A DNA stretch of 64,000 bases from Capsulimonadaceae bacterium (lineage in GTDB: Bacteria > Armatimonadota > Armatimonadia > Armatimonadales > Capsulimonadaceae): contig OZ244065.1 of NCBI GenBank assembly GCA_965215505.1, positions 352,001 to 416,000 of the forward strand. The letters are read 5' to 3'. The translations under genes were made by a program, and so were the position numbers. Of this stretch, positions 38,495-47,164 are shown piece after piece (position 1 is the stretch's first letter; each line of letters opens with the position of its first letter). The notes beneath the pieces are model-generated. The model was not told the DNA's origin, ran no database searches, and saw nothing but the letters and a program-made list of their open reading frames with translations.

Positions 38495-40153
38495 TCACCG
38501 CACTTTCGCCAAATACTGATGCACGAACTGGACCGCGATGGCCCCGCCGCCGACCGCAGACGCCACGCGCTTGACGGACTGGTGCAGCACGTCGCCCGCG
38601 ACGAAGACGCCCGGCACGCTCGATTCGAGCAGGAACGGGTCGCGGTCCAGCGGCCAGTCGGCGGGCCGCTTGCCGCTCTGCATCAGGTCCGGGCCGGCCA
38701 GGATGAAGCCGTTCTCGTCCCGCTTCAAGACCCCCTCCAGCCAGTCCGTGCGCGGCTGCGCGCCGATGAAGATGAAGATGGCCCGCGTCGGGACGACCTC
38801 GCTCTCGCCCGTGTCCGAGTGCAGGATCGTCACCCGCTCGAGCTGCGTGTCGCCCTCCGCCTCCGTCACCTGCGCGTTCAGCCAGACTCGGACCGTCGGC
38901 TGCGCCCGGATCTCGTCCACGAGGTACTGCGACATGCCTTTCTCCAGCGAGTCGCCACGAACCAGCAGCGTGACGCACTTGGCGTACTTCGCGAAATAAA
39001 GGGCGGCCTGCCCCGCCGAGTTCGCCCCGCCGATCAGGTACACGTCGTCGTCCTTGCACGAAAGCGCCTCGGTCATCGCCGCGCCGTAGTAGACGCCCGC
39101 CCCGGTCAGCCGGTCCAGGCCCGGCACGTCCAGCTTGCGGTACGAGACGCCGGTCGCGATCAGCAGGGCGTGGCAGCTCACCTCGGCCCCGTCTCCGAGT
39201 GTCAGGATGCGGTACTGGTCCTGGAGGCGCAGCTTCGTCACCTCCTGCGACAGTATCTCCACCCCGAACCGCTGCGCCTGCGTCACCGCCCGCCGGGCGA
39301 GGTCCGCCCCGCTCAGGCCGGTCGGGAAGCCCAGATAGTTCTCGATGCGCGAGCTTGTCCCGGCCTGACCGCCCGGCGCCTCCCGCTCCACCATCAGCGT
39401 TTTCAGGCCCTCCGAGGCCCCATAGACGGCGGCGGCCAGTCCGGCGGGTCCTCCGCCGACGATGATGAGGTCATAAAACGGCTGCCCGGCCGACGTCTTC
39501 AGGCCGACCTTCGCGGCCAGCGCGGCGTTGTCGGGGTTAGACAGCTTCTCGCCGCCCGTGAGGATGACGATGGGCAGGGCGGGCGCGTCCGCGCCTTCGT
39601 AGAGGCTGCACGCCTCGGTGTCCGCCTCGATGTCCTGCCACTCGTAGGGGACGTGGTTGCGGGCGAGGAAGTCCTTGACGCGGTGCGAGTCCGAGGACCA
39701 CCGGTTGCCGACCACGCGGACGCCCCCATACGGGGCGCGGTAGTTCGCCTTCCAGTCGTCCAGCAGGTCGTCCAGGACGGGGTAAAGCTCCTGCTCGGGC
39801 GGGTCCCAGGGCTTCAAGAGGTAGTAGTCGGTCTTGACCTTGTTGATCGCCTTGATGGCCGCCTCGGTGTCGGCGTAGGCGGTCAGCAGGACGCGCTTGC
39901 AGTCGGGGTAGATCTTGATCGCCTGCTCCAAGAAGTCCACGCCGCCCATGCCGGGCATCCTCTGGTCCACGACCAGCAGGGCGACCGGCTCGTCACGCTC
40001 CTTGAGCTGGTTCAAGGCGTCCAGCGCGGGCTGCCCGCCCTCCGCGCTGAGTATCCGGTAGTCCTTGCCGTACTGCTTCCGCAGGTCGCTCTTGACGAGG
40101 CGCAGCACGTCCGCGTCGTCGTCCACCGCCAGTATCGTCGGTTTGGCCGCCAT
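38495..40153 (-). CDS. response regulator-thioredoxin reductase-like fusion
   Basis: receiver (AVDDD, DQRMP, LLTAYAD, KPW) plus GGGPAG, IENYLGFP, GGANSAGQ, VFVAGD. Confidence 0.92.
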   Translation of the reverse strand: MAAKPTILAVDDDADVLRLVKSDLRKQYGKDYRILSAEGGQPALDALNQLKERDEPVALLVVDQRMPGMGGVDFLEQAIKIYPDCKRVLLTAYADTEAAIKAINKVKTDYYLLKPWDPPEQELYPVLDDLLDDWKANYRAPYGGVRVVGNRWSSDSHRVKDFLARNHVPYEWQDIEADTEACSLYEGADAPALPIVILTGGEKLSNPDNAALAAKVGLKTSAGQPFYDLIIVGGGPAGLAAAVYGASEGLKTLMVEREAPGGQAGTSSRIENYLGFPTGLSGADLARRAVTQAQRFGVEILSQEVTKLRLQDQYRILTLGDGAEVSCHALLIATGVSYRKLDVPGLDRLTGAGVYYGAAMTEALSCKDDDVYLIGGANSAGQAALYFAKYAKCVTLLVRGDSLEKGMSQYLVDEIRAQPTVRVWLNAQVTEAEGDTQLERVTILHSDTGESEVVPTRAIFIFIGAQPRTDWLEGVLKRDENGFILAGPDLMQSGKRPADWPLDRDPFLLESSVPGVFVAGDVLHQSVKRVASAVGGGAIAVQFVHQYLAKVR

Positions 40154-40215
40154 GTGTGTCTCCTGAGTCTATTCCAACGCGGAACCCGCTCCGCCGCCGC
40201 CCTGTTAACATTGCC

Positions 40216-40710
40216 ATGAACACCCGCCGCATCGAACCCGCTCCCGGCCAGGAGTCCGTCTGGGACTACCCGCGCCCGCCGCGCCTCGAGGACACCGACA
40301 AACACATCCAGGTCGTCTTCGGCGGCGTGGTCATCGCCGAGACGCGCCGCGCCAAGCGCGTCCTCGAAACCAGCCACCCGCCCGTCTACTATCTGCCGCC
40401 CGAAGATGTCCGCCTGGAACACTTCACCCCCGCGCCGGGCAAATCCTTCTGTGAATGGAAGGGTATGGCGAGCTACTACACGATCACGGCGGGCGACAGG
40501 CAGGCCCCGTCGGCGGCCTGGTATTACCCAAATCCGACTCCCGCCTTCGCCCCGCTCCAGAACTACATCGCCCTCTATCCGGGCCGCATGGACGCCTGTT
40601 TCGTGGACGGCGAGCGCGTGACGCCCCAGCCCGGCGAGTTCTACGGCGGCTGGATCACCTCAGGCGTCGTCGGCCCCTTCAAAGGCGAGCCGGGGACGAT
40701 GGGCTGGTAG
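40216..40710 (+). CDS. DUF427 protein
   Basis: ESVWDYPRPP, LETSHPPVYY, CEWKG, FYGGWIT. Confidence 0.9.
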   Translation: MNTRRIEPAPGQESVWDYPRPPRLEDTDKHIQVVFGGVVIAETRRAKRVLETSHPPVYYLPPEDVRLEHFTPAPGKSFCEWKGMASYYTITAGDRQAPSAAWYYPNPTPAFAPLQNYIALYPGRMDACFVDGERVTPQPGEFYGGWITSGVVGPFKGEPGTMGW

Positions 40711-40778
40711 GCACACTTGATGCTATGACACACAGGTCATGGGAAAAGGCCCGCGCGTTTGCGCGGGCCTTTCGATTG

Positions 40779-41261
40779 TCATACTCCCCGGTGCGGCTGC
40801 ATCTCGTCCTCGATGGTCCGACGCAGCTCCATCAGCCGGACAGCGTACCGCTCCAGCGCCGCCTCTTCCTCCGTCCGTGGCACCCAAGGCGTTACGCCCA
40901 TGAGCTTGCCTTCATCGTCCATGGCGACGAAGATGATGATGCAGTGCGTCGTCTCCTGAAAGTGCCCGTCCCGAGGGTCGCCCGCGCTCACGTCCACCGC
41001 GACGTGCATGCTGGTCCGTCCCGTGTAGATGATGCGCGCCCGCACCTCCACCATGTTCCCGATCAGGATCGGCTTATGAAAACGGATGCCGCCGACGTAT
41101 AGCGTCACGCAGTAGTGCCCGCTCCAGCCGACCGCGGAGGCATAGCCGGCCTGGTCAATCCACTTCATCACCGCCCCGCCGTGGACCTTGCCGCCAAAGT
41201 TCATGTCCGTCGGCTCGGCCAGGAAGCGCAGGGTCGTCTCGTGTTGGCGTTCTGTTTGCAT
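40779..41261 (-). CDS. acyl-CoA thioesterase (hotdog fold)
   Basis: PTDMNFGGKVHGGAVMKWID, YTGRTSM. Confidence 0.9.
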   Translation of the reverse strand: MQTERQHETTLRFLAEPTDMNFGGKVHGGAVMKWIDQAGYASAVGWSGHYCVTLYVGGIRFHKPILIGNMVEVRARIIYTGRTSMHVAVDVSAGDPRDGHFQETTHCIIIFVAMDDEGKLMGVTPWVPRTEEEAALERYAVRLMELRRTIEDEMQPHRGV

Positions 41262-41273
41262 GGGGTTAGAGGC

Positions 41274-41474
41274 TCAATCAGATTTGTCACCGAACATACC
41301 CCCGTCGCGACCTTCGCGCAGGAAGTCACGCCCGGTAGACTTGGGGTTCATAAACTGTGCGCGCGCATCTATCTCGCGCAGGATCGCCATGCGCGGGTCG
41401 TCGCCCGGCTGCTCCGGCGGCAGGCCTGTCTCTATCGGTTTAGTTTCTGCCCGTGGGTCCGGCGTGGTGGTCAT
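41274..41474 (-). CDS. small hypothetical, antitoxin-like
   Basis: 66 aa; ends DFLREGRDGGMFG. Confidence 0.45.
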   Translation of the reverse strand: MTTTPDPRAETKPIETGLPPEQPGDDPRMAILREIDARAQFMNPKSTGRDFLREGRDGGMFGDKSD

Positions 41475-41497
41475 AGTAATAGTCCCCCGTCTCTGCC

Positions 41498-41740
41498 CCC
41501 GGATTGAAACCGGGGATTGTCACGACACCGAAAGGGCAGGGCCGAAAGGGCAGGGCCGGAAGGGCAGGGCCGGAAGGGCAGGGCCGGAGAGGACGAGTGA
41601 TTGAAATCACTCGCTGAGGGGGACCTGTCCAGGGGACAGAAGAGGGAAATAGGTCGAGCGCCGCCGTCCTGCTCCGTCCTGTCCTCTTGTCCCTTGGACA
41701 AATCCTGCCGGAGCGAGTGATTTCAATCACTCGTCCTCTC
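41498..41740. repeat. REP cluster: palindrome, 14-bp tandem x4, REP family A inverted pair
   Basis: CCCCGGATTGAAACCGGGG; CCG(A/G)AAGGGCAGGG x4 (41528-41583); GACGAGTGATTGAAATCACTCGCT and its inverse. Confidence 0.85.
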
Positions 41741-41804
41741 CTGTCCTCACTTGCCTCAATCGGCGCGTAGCATCAGACATCAATACTGGGCGCATCGTCT
41801 CCAT

Positions 41805-42020
41805 TCACGACTCGTCAACAACCACGCCCGCTTCCGTCTCGATTAGCTTCGCGGAGGGCCAGGTGTCGGGCAGACCCCGCTTGGCCCTCTGCTCCGCCAG
41901 AGACTGAGCCCGCGGCTTCTCCCGCCCGGCTTCCGCCGCCCCCATGGCTTTCCTGACGCCCGTTGCGATTTCCTCGTCTTGCCGTGCCTGCGCCTCCAAA
42001 GCCTTGACAGTGATGGTCAT
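41805..42020 (-). CDS. small antitoxin-like protein
   Basis: AAGGAG RBS; EEIATGVRKAMGAAEAGREKP resembles antitoxin C-termini. Confidence 0.5.
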   Translation of the reverse strand: MTITVKALEAQARQDEEIATGVRKAMGAAEAGREKPRAQSLAEQRAKRGLPDTWPSAKLIETEAGVVVDES

Positions 42021-42086
42021 AATGGCTCCTTCTTAGGGCAATATACCCGGTGGGCGGGGGCATCTGCCCCGCATCCCCTTCTGGCC

Positions 42087-43262
42087 TTACGGCGTCACCG
42101 GCTCCCACTTTTTCGACTCGGCGGATTTCGTGATGGTGTCCAGGAGGACGTTGTTCAGATACCCGTCGCGGAAGTTCGGGGTGGGGTTCTCGCCCCTGCC
42201 GATGGCGGTGAAGGCGTCGAAGAGCAGGTTGGTGAAGGTGTGTTCGTAGCCGATGTTGTGGGCGGCGGGCCAGTAGTGGCCGGTGTAGCGGTCCTGCCCG
42301 GCCGTGACGGTGACGGTGCGGAAGCCGTTCGTGCCGGCGTGGGTGTCCTCGGTGTAGATCTCCAGCTCGTTGGGGCGCTCGGCGTTGAAGACCAGGCTGC
42401 CCTTGCTGCCGTTGATCTCGAAGCGGTTGTGGTTCTTGCGGCCCAGCGCAAAGCGGGTGGCTTCAAAGGTGCCCAGGGCACCGTTCTCGAAGCGGGCGAG
42501 GGCCAGGGAAGCGTCGTCCACGTCCACGACGCCCATGACGTCGGAGGCCTTGCCGCCAAGCCGGTCGTCGGACTCGGCAAGCTCCGGGCGCTGCTTGATG
42601 AAGGTCTCCAGCAGCCCGCTGACCTCTGAAATCTCGCCGACGAGGTAGCGGGCGGTGTCCAGGCAGTGCGCCAGCAGATCGCCGTGCGAGCCGCTGCCTG
42701 CCGTGTCCTTCTGGAGCCGCCAGACCAGGGGGAAGTCCGGGTTGACGATCCAGTCCTGCAAAAACAGCGCGCGCCAGTGGTAGACCTTGCCGACAAGGCC
42801 CTCATCAATGAGCTGCCGGGCGAACGAGACGGCGGGGTTGGCGCGGTAGTTGAACCAGACCATGTGCTTGACGCCCGCCGACTCCACCGCCTCCAGCATC
42901 CGCTTGGCCTGTTCGGAGGTGTTGCCGAGCGGCTTCTCGCAGAAGACGTGCTTGCCGGCCTCGGCGGCGGCGATGGCGATCTCGGCGTGCATGTTGCCGG
43001 GTGCCCCGATGTCGATGATGTCAATGTCGTCGCGGGCGATCAGCTTGCGCCAGTCCGTCTCGTAGCCCTCCCAGCCGAAGGTTGCGGCTGCCTTGCTCAC
43101 CCCGGCCTCGTCGCGCCCGCAGAGCGCCTTCATCACGGGCTTGACTTCCAGCTCGGGGAAGAACCGCCCCACCTGCCGGTAGGCGTTGGAGTGCGCCTTG
43201 CCCATGAACTTGTAGCCGATCATGCCCACGTTCAACGTCTTTGTCGGGGTCTGCGCTGCCAT
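42087..43262 (-). CDS. Gfo/Idh/MocA oxidoreductase
   Basis: VGMIGYKFMGKAH, CEKPL, GSHGDLLAH; GGAGG RBS. Confidence 0.92.
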   Translation of the reverse strand: MAAQTPTKTLNVGMIGYKFMGKAHSNAYRQVGRFFPELEVKPVMKALCGRDEAGVSKAAATFGWEGYETDWRKLIARDDIDIIDIGAPGNMHAEIAIAAAEAGKHVFCEKPLGNTSEQAKRMLEAVESAGVKHMVWFNYRANPAVSFARQLIDEGLVGKVYHWRALFLQDWIVNPDFPLVWRLQKDTAGSGSHGDLLAHCLDTARYLVGEISEVSGLLETFIKQRPELAESDDRLGGKASDVMGVVDVDDASLALARFENGALGTFEATRFALGRKNHNRFEINGSKGSLVFNAERPNELEIYTEDTHAGTNGFRTVTVTAGQDRYTGHYWPAAHNIGYEHTFTNLLFDAFTAIGRGENPTPNFRDGYLNNVLLDTITKSAESKKWEPVTP

Positions 43263-43293
43263 GTGAATCCTCCTGGGTGCCTGTGCTCGGTTC

Positions 43294-43330
43294 AAAAGAA
43301 ACGGCCCGCCGAAACGGGTTCGACGGGCCG
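43294..43330 (-). terminator. intrinsic terminator after the PPIase gene
   Basis: CGGCCCGTCGAA..TTCGGCGGGCCG followed by TTTCTTTT on the minus strand. Confidence 0.65.
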
Positions 43331-43341
43331 GGGCGGGTCGG

Positions 43342-44421
43342 CTAGGGGGCCGGCTGCGGCGCGGGCATGACGCGCATTCCGCCGGCGGGCGGCGCGGGCG
43401 CGAATGTCGGGGCGTCCCCGAGGTAGTCCACGATCTTGGCCCGGTTCCGCAGGGCCTGGATGTAGGGGCCGAACGCCGTCTGGATCTCCTTCTGGCGGGC
43501 CGCCGTGGCGGCGTCGGCGAACCGCTTGGCGTCGGCGGGGAGCGGGGCCGCGCTGGTGCTGTCTATCTTGATCAGGTGGTAGCCGTACTGCGACTTCACC
43601 GGGGCCGGCGTGACCTCGCCGGGCTTCAAGGCGAGGGCGGCCTTGAGGAAGGTGGGGTCGAGCGGCGTGGGCGGGCTGACAAGCCCGCTGGCGTCGATGA
43701 TGCCCAGGTCGCCGCCGTTGGTCTTGCCGGACGGGTCCTCGGTGTATTTGTCGGCGACATCAATGAAGCTCGCGCCGCCCTTCAGCTCGGCCTGGGCTTT
43801 GGCGACGATCGCCAGCGCCTCGGCGTCGGTGTGCGGCTTCGCGCCCCCGCCGACGGGGACGGTCGCGATCAGGAGGTGGCGGGCGTGGTATTCGAGCGGC
43901 GCGGAAGTCGGCTTCAGCGTCTTGAGGACCAGCGCCTCCGCCTTGAGCTGGGTCGTCTGGAGGTCTTTGAACTCCGCCAGTGTCTGGTGGTGCGCCGCCA
44001 GGTAGGCGTCCAGGCCGCCCGGATAGGTGGCGGCCTGCTGCCGGACCTGGGCGATGCGGGCGTTGATCTGGGCGGGCGTCACGACGACGTGCTGCCGGAC
44101 GGCCTCCTGGCTGATCAGCTCGACGAGGATCATCTGGCCGACGATCTGCGCGCCGACGGCCTTCAGGGCGGCCGAGGCGACCTTGGAGCGGGAGATCGGC
44201 TTGCCGTTGACGATGGCGGCGACGCCCGCCGGGGCCGCCCCGCGCGAGGCGAGTGCGGCGGTCGGGAACGCCGACGGCGGCGGGGGCGGCGGGGGCAGGT
44301 CCGGGACCATCGGGGTCTGTGCCAGGGCAATGGGAGCGGCGGCCAGCGCCAGGGCGACGGCGGCGGGCCAGCGCGGGAAGCGACGTGTCAAAATAGAGGG
44401 TCCCCTTTCACGGCGCATCAA
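43342..44421 (-). CDS. PrsA/SurA-like parvulin peptidyl-prolyl isomerase (start uncertain)
   Basis: signal peptide, HARHLLI, KYTEDPSGKTNGGDLG, PVKSQYGYHLIK. Confidence 0.88.
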   Translation of the reverse strand: MMRRERGPSILTRRFPRWPAAVALALAAAPIALAQTPMVPDLPPPPPPPSAFPTAALASRGAAPAGVAAIVNGKPISRSKVASAALKAVGAQIVGQMILVELISQEAVRQHVVVTPAQINARIAQVRQQAATYPGGLDAYLAAHHQTLAEFKDLQTTQLKAEALVLKTLKPTSAPLEYHARHLLIATVPVGGGAKPHTDAEALAIVAKAQAELKGGASFIDVADKYTEDPSGKTNGGDLGIIDASGLVSPPTPLDPTFLKAALALKPGEVTPAPVKSQYGYHLIKIDSTSAAPLPADAKRFADAATAARQKEIQTAFGPYIQALRNRAKIVDYLGDAPTFAPAPPAGGMRVMPAPQPAP

Positions 44422-44556
44422 ATCGTGGGTGTGAGACGCGCCGCAGTTTCCTACGGAAATCTTGTCCCACTATGTTACAACAAAAGGCCGCCGCCGTCAA
44501 GGCTTGGCCGCCGTTATGCCGGCAGGATTACCGTTTTTGCGTGTTCTGGGGTAGCT

Positions 44557-44572
44557 TGGCATAATCCCTGCA
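44557..44572 (+). promoter_or_regulatory. sigma54 (-24/-12) promoter candidate
   Basis: TGGCATAATCCCTGCA with canonical GG-N10-GC spacing, upstream of a PEP-CTERM gene. Confidence 0.55.
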
Positions 44573-44638
44573 TTAGAGTGAAGTGTCATAAGACATAGTT
44601 TAGACATAGTTTTCGTTTCCTGAAAGGCAGTACCAACC

Positions 44639-45424
44639 ATGAGCATCGTCAAGAACACCGTCACCCTGAACGCCGCCAAGGCCTTCCGCGCCGTGGCCGC
44701 CAGCGCCGCCCTGACCCTCGCCGCGGCGGGCGCGTCCCTCGCCTGGTCCGTCCCGGTCGGCACGACGATGGTGTCGAGCTGCACCCAGAACGGCACCCTG
44801 AGCAACGGCAGCCTGTTCACGCTCTACACCAACATCTACCAGACCGGCAGCACCTACACCACGCAGTACGACCTGCGGAACGTCAACGACGCGGCGGGCC
44901 TGATCGGCATGGACGCGAACTTCGGCTATGCCGCCGCGAGCGGCGAGACCCTCTTCTTCGGCGACGCCCCGAACGCGAGCGGCATCGTCTACCACGACGG
45001 CTCGGTCGGCAGCTCCATCACGAACAACGGCAGCATTGACTACAACACGCACACGGCGACGATGCAGGCCTACACCCAGAACGGACAGGTCATCTGGCAG
45101 CCGACCTGTGGCACCCTGAACGCGGGCCAGGACAGCTTCTCCCAGTTCGGCTTCAACAACAAGGACCAGTACGGCACCTTCGGCTACCTCTACGTCCAGA
45201 CGACCGCCAAACCGGTCCAGAACACCATCTATGTCGCCGACAAGAGCGGGGCCTACGGCAGCGTCACCGACTGCGCCGGTGCCCCCTGCGGCAGCACGAC
45301 CTCCGGCACCCCGTCGCCAGCCGCCGTGCCGGAGCCGGCCCCCGTCGCCTCCATGGGCCTGGGCGGCCTGGGCGTCCTCGGGCTGCTCCTGCGCGCCCGC
45401 AAGCGGACCGTGAAGGGCGCATAG
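44639..45424 (+). CDS. PEP-CTERM sorting-signal secreted protein
   Basis: signal peptide; Thr/Gly/Asn-rich body; VPEP-hydrophobic helix-RARKR C-terminus. Confidence 0.9.
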   Translation: MSIVKNTVTLNAAKAFRAVAASAALTLAAAGASLAWSVPVGTTMVSSCTQNGTLSNGSLFTLYTNIYQTGSTYTTQYDLRNVNDAAGLIGMDANFGYAAASGETLFFGDAPNASGIVYHDGSVGSSITNNGSIDYNTHTATMQAYTQNGQVIWQPTCGTLNAGQDSFSQFGFNNKDQYGTFGYLYVQTTAKPVQNTIYVADKSGAYGSVTDCAGAPCGSTTSGTPSPAAVPEPAPVASMGLGGLGVLGLLLRARKRTVKGA

Positions 45425-45437
45425 GGCGCACCGCACG

Positions 45438-45475
45438 AAAAGCCGCTGCCTCTTTCAGAGGCAGCGGCTTTGTTC
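45438..45475. terminator. bidirectional intrinsic terminator
   Basis: AAAAGCCGCTGCCTCT-TTC-AGAGGCAGCGGCTTT between convergent genes. Confidence 0.8.
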
Positions 45476-45496
45476 TGTCGGGCGTCTCGCAGGCTC

Positions 45497-47164
45497 TCAG
45501 ACCCCCTCGGACGCCGCCAGGTCGCCCGACACGGACTGGAGGCGGACGCTGCCCGTCCCCGCGCCCAGCTTGCCCGCCGCGTGCTTCTCGGTCAGGGTCG
45601 TCTCGGTCAGCGGCAGGCTCAGGGCCAGGCTGCCGCTGGTCGTGTTCATCTCGACCCGCGTGTCCGACCCGGCGGGCAGGACGAGCCGCAGGTCGCCGCT
45701 GACCGTCGTGCCGGCGAACGACCCCGAGAACGGGCCGGCGGGCTGCCAGCGGGCGTCCCCGCTGACCGTCAGGAGCGAGACGGCGGGGCTGTCCGCGCCC
45801 GACGCCTCCACGTCCCCGCTGACCGTCTTCACCGTCAAGGCCCCCGAAACGTCCCGCAGGACGGCGTCGCCGCTGATCGTCTCGACATGCACCTGCTCGG
45901 CCCGCAGGTTCGAGACCTCGGCCGACCCGCTCTGCGTCCGGGCCAGCGCGCGTGTCCCGCCCCCGCCGTCCGAGACGCGCACGTCGCCGCTGGACGACTC
46001 GAAGGAGGCCGTGCCGGTCACCTGCGCCTTCCGGGCGACGACGTCCCCGCTGCGGCTGGTCAGGCTGATCGTCCCGCCGGTCAGGCGCTCCGCCCGGATG
46101 TCGGCGCTGGCCGTCTCCACCAGCAGGCTTCCGGCGGGCACGTTCCAGCCGGTGACGCGGACCGCGCCCGACGCGCTGTTGATCTTCGTCTCGCCGCCCT
46201 CCGCCGCCCACGGCTCGGTGACGGCCAGCGCGCCCGAAACCGTCCGCGCCGTCAGGGCGCTTGATGCGCCCGACACGGAGACGGCCCCGAAAGTTGAAGA
46301 AACCTCCAGCGCGACCAGGCGCGGGACGCGGATCTCGTAGTCCACAGTCAGCCGGTCGCGGGCGTCCTGGGGCGCGGCGACGCCGATCTTGCAGCGCCCG
46401 TTCTCCACCTGGTTCGTCAGGAACACCTGCTGGAGCAGGACGCGCGCGTCGGCCTCCGACCCGGCCCAGGCGGTTTTGGTGACGACGGCCTGGGCCGCGC
46501 CCTCGGACCCCTCGACGCCGATGACGGTGATGTTCCCGTACTTGTTCTCCAGGATGAGCCGGTCCGCGCCGGTCCAGGTGAAGGTCGCCTGGCTCGTCTC
46601 GCTCGCCTCGGGCTGGTTCGCCGTGTTGGCGGGCTGCTCGCCGCGCGACGAGTCGCCGCCGACGTCAAAGCTGAAATCGAACTTCATCGCCTTGCGGCCT
46701 TCGCGGGCCGCCTTCTTGGCCTCCTGCCCGGCCTGCCGTGCGGCCGTCTTTGCCGTGCGGAGGGCGTCGTTCTTAAGCGAGTTCAGGCCGCGCATGGCCT
46801 CATCCACGGCCTTGTTGATCTTGCCCAGGTCGAGGTCGGGCTTGTGCAGGTGGTCCATCATCTTGCCGGCGAAGGCCGCCGCCTGGCCCGCCGCCTTGGC
46901 GGTCTGGGCGGCACCCAATTTGCCCTGCAAGTCGCCCAGCTTCCCTTGCAGCTCGGCCAGCTTCGCCTGCATGGAGGCCATGGCGACGGGGTCCGGGATG
47001 TGCGGCGGGGGTGGGGGCGGCGCGACGGGCGGGGGCGGCGCGGCGGGGGCCGGGCCGGACGCCGCGCCGGTCTCGCGGACGGCGCGCAGCAGCGAGTCGG
47101 CCTGCTCGGCCGTGATCTTGCCCTCGCGCAGCATGTTGAGAATCAGGATGCTTTCTTCGCTCAT
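45497..47164 (-). CDS. SHOCT-like + DUF4097 beta-repeat protein (YvlB/LiaX-like)
   Basis: ILNMLREGKITAEQADSLL N-terminus; many TVSGD repeats. Confidence 0.85.
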   Translation of the reverse strand: MSEESILILNMLREGKITAEQADSLLRAVRETGAASGPAPAAPPPPVAPPPPPPHIPDPVAMASMQAKLAELQGKLGDLQGKLGAAQTAKAAGQAAAFAGKMMDHLHKPDLDLGKINKAVDEAMRGLNSLKNDALRTAKTAARQAGQEAKKAAREGRKAMKFDFSFDVGGDSSRGEQPANTANQPEASETSQATFTWTGADRLILENKYGNITVIGVEGSEGAAQAVVTKTAWAGSEADARVLLQQVFLTNQVENGRCKIGVAAPQDARDRLTVDYEIRVPRLVALEVSSTFGAVSVSGASSALTARTVSGALAVTEPWAAEGGETKINSASGAVRVTGWNVPAGSLLVETASADIRAERLTGGTISLTSRSGDVVARKAQVTGTASFESSSGDVRVSDGGGGTRALARTQSGSAEVSNLRAEQVHVETISGDAVLRDVSGALTVKTVSGDVEASGADSPAVSLLTVSGDARWQPAGPFSGSFAGTTVSGDLRLVLPAGSDTRVEMNTTSGSLALSLPLTETTLTEKHAAGKLGAGTGSVRLQSVSGDLAASEGV

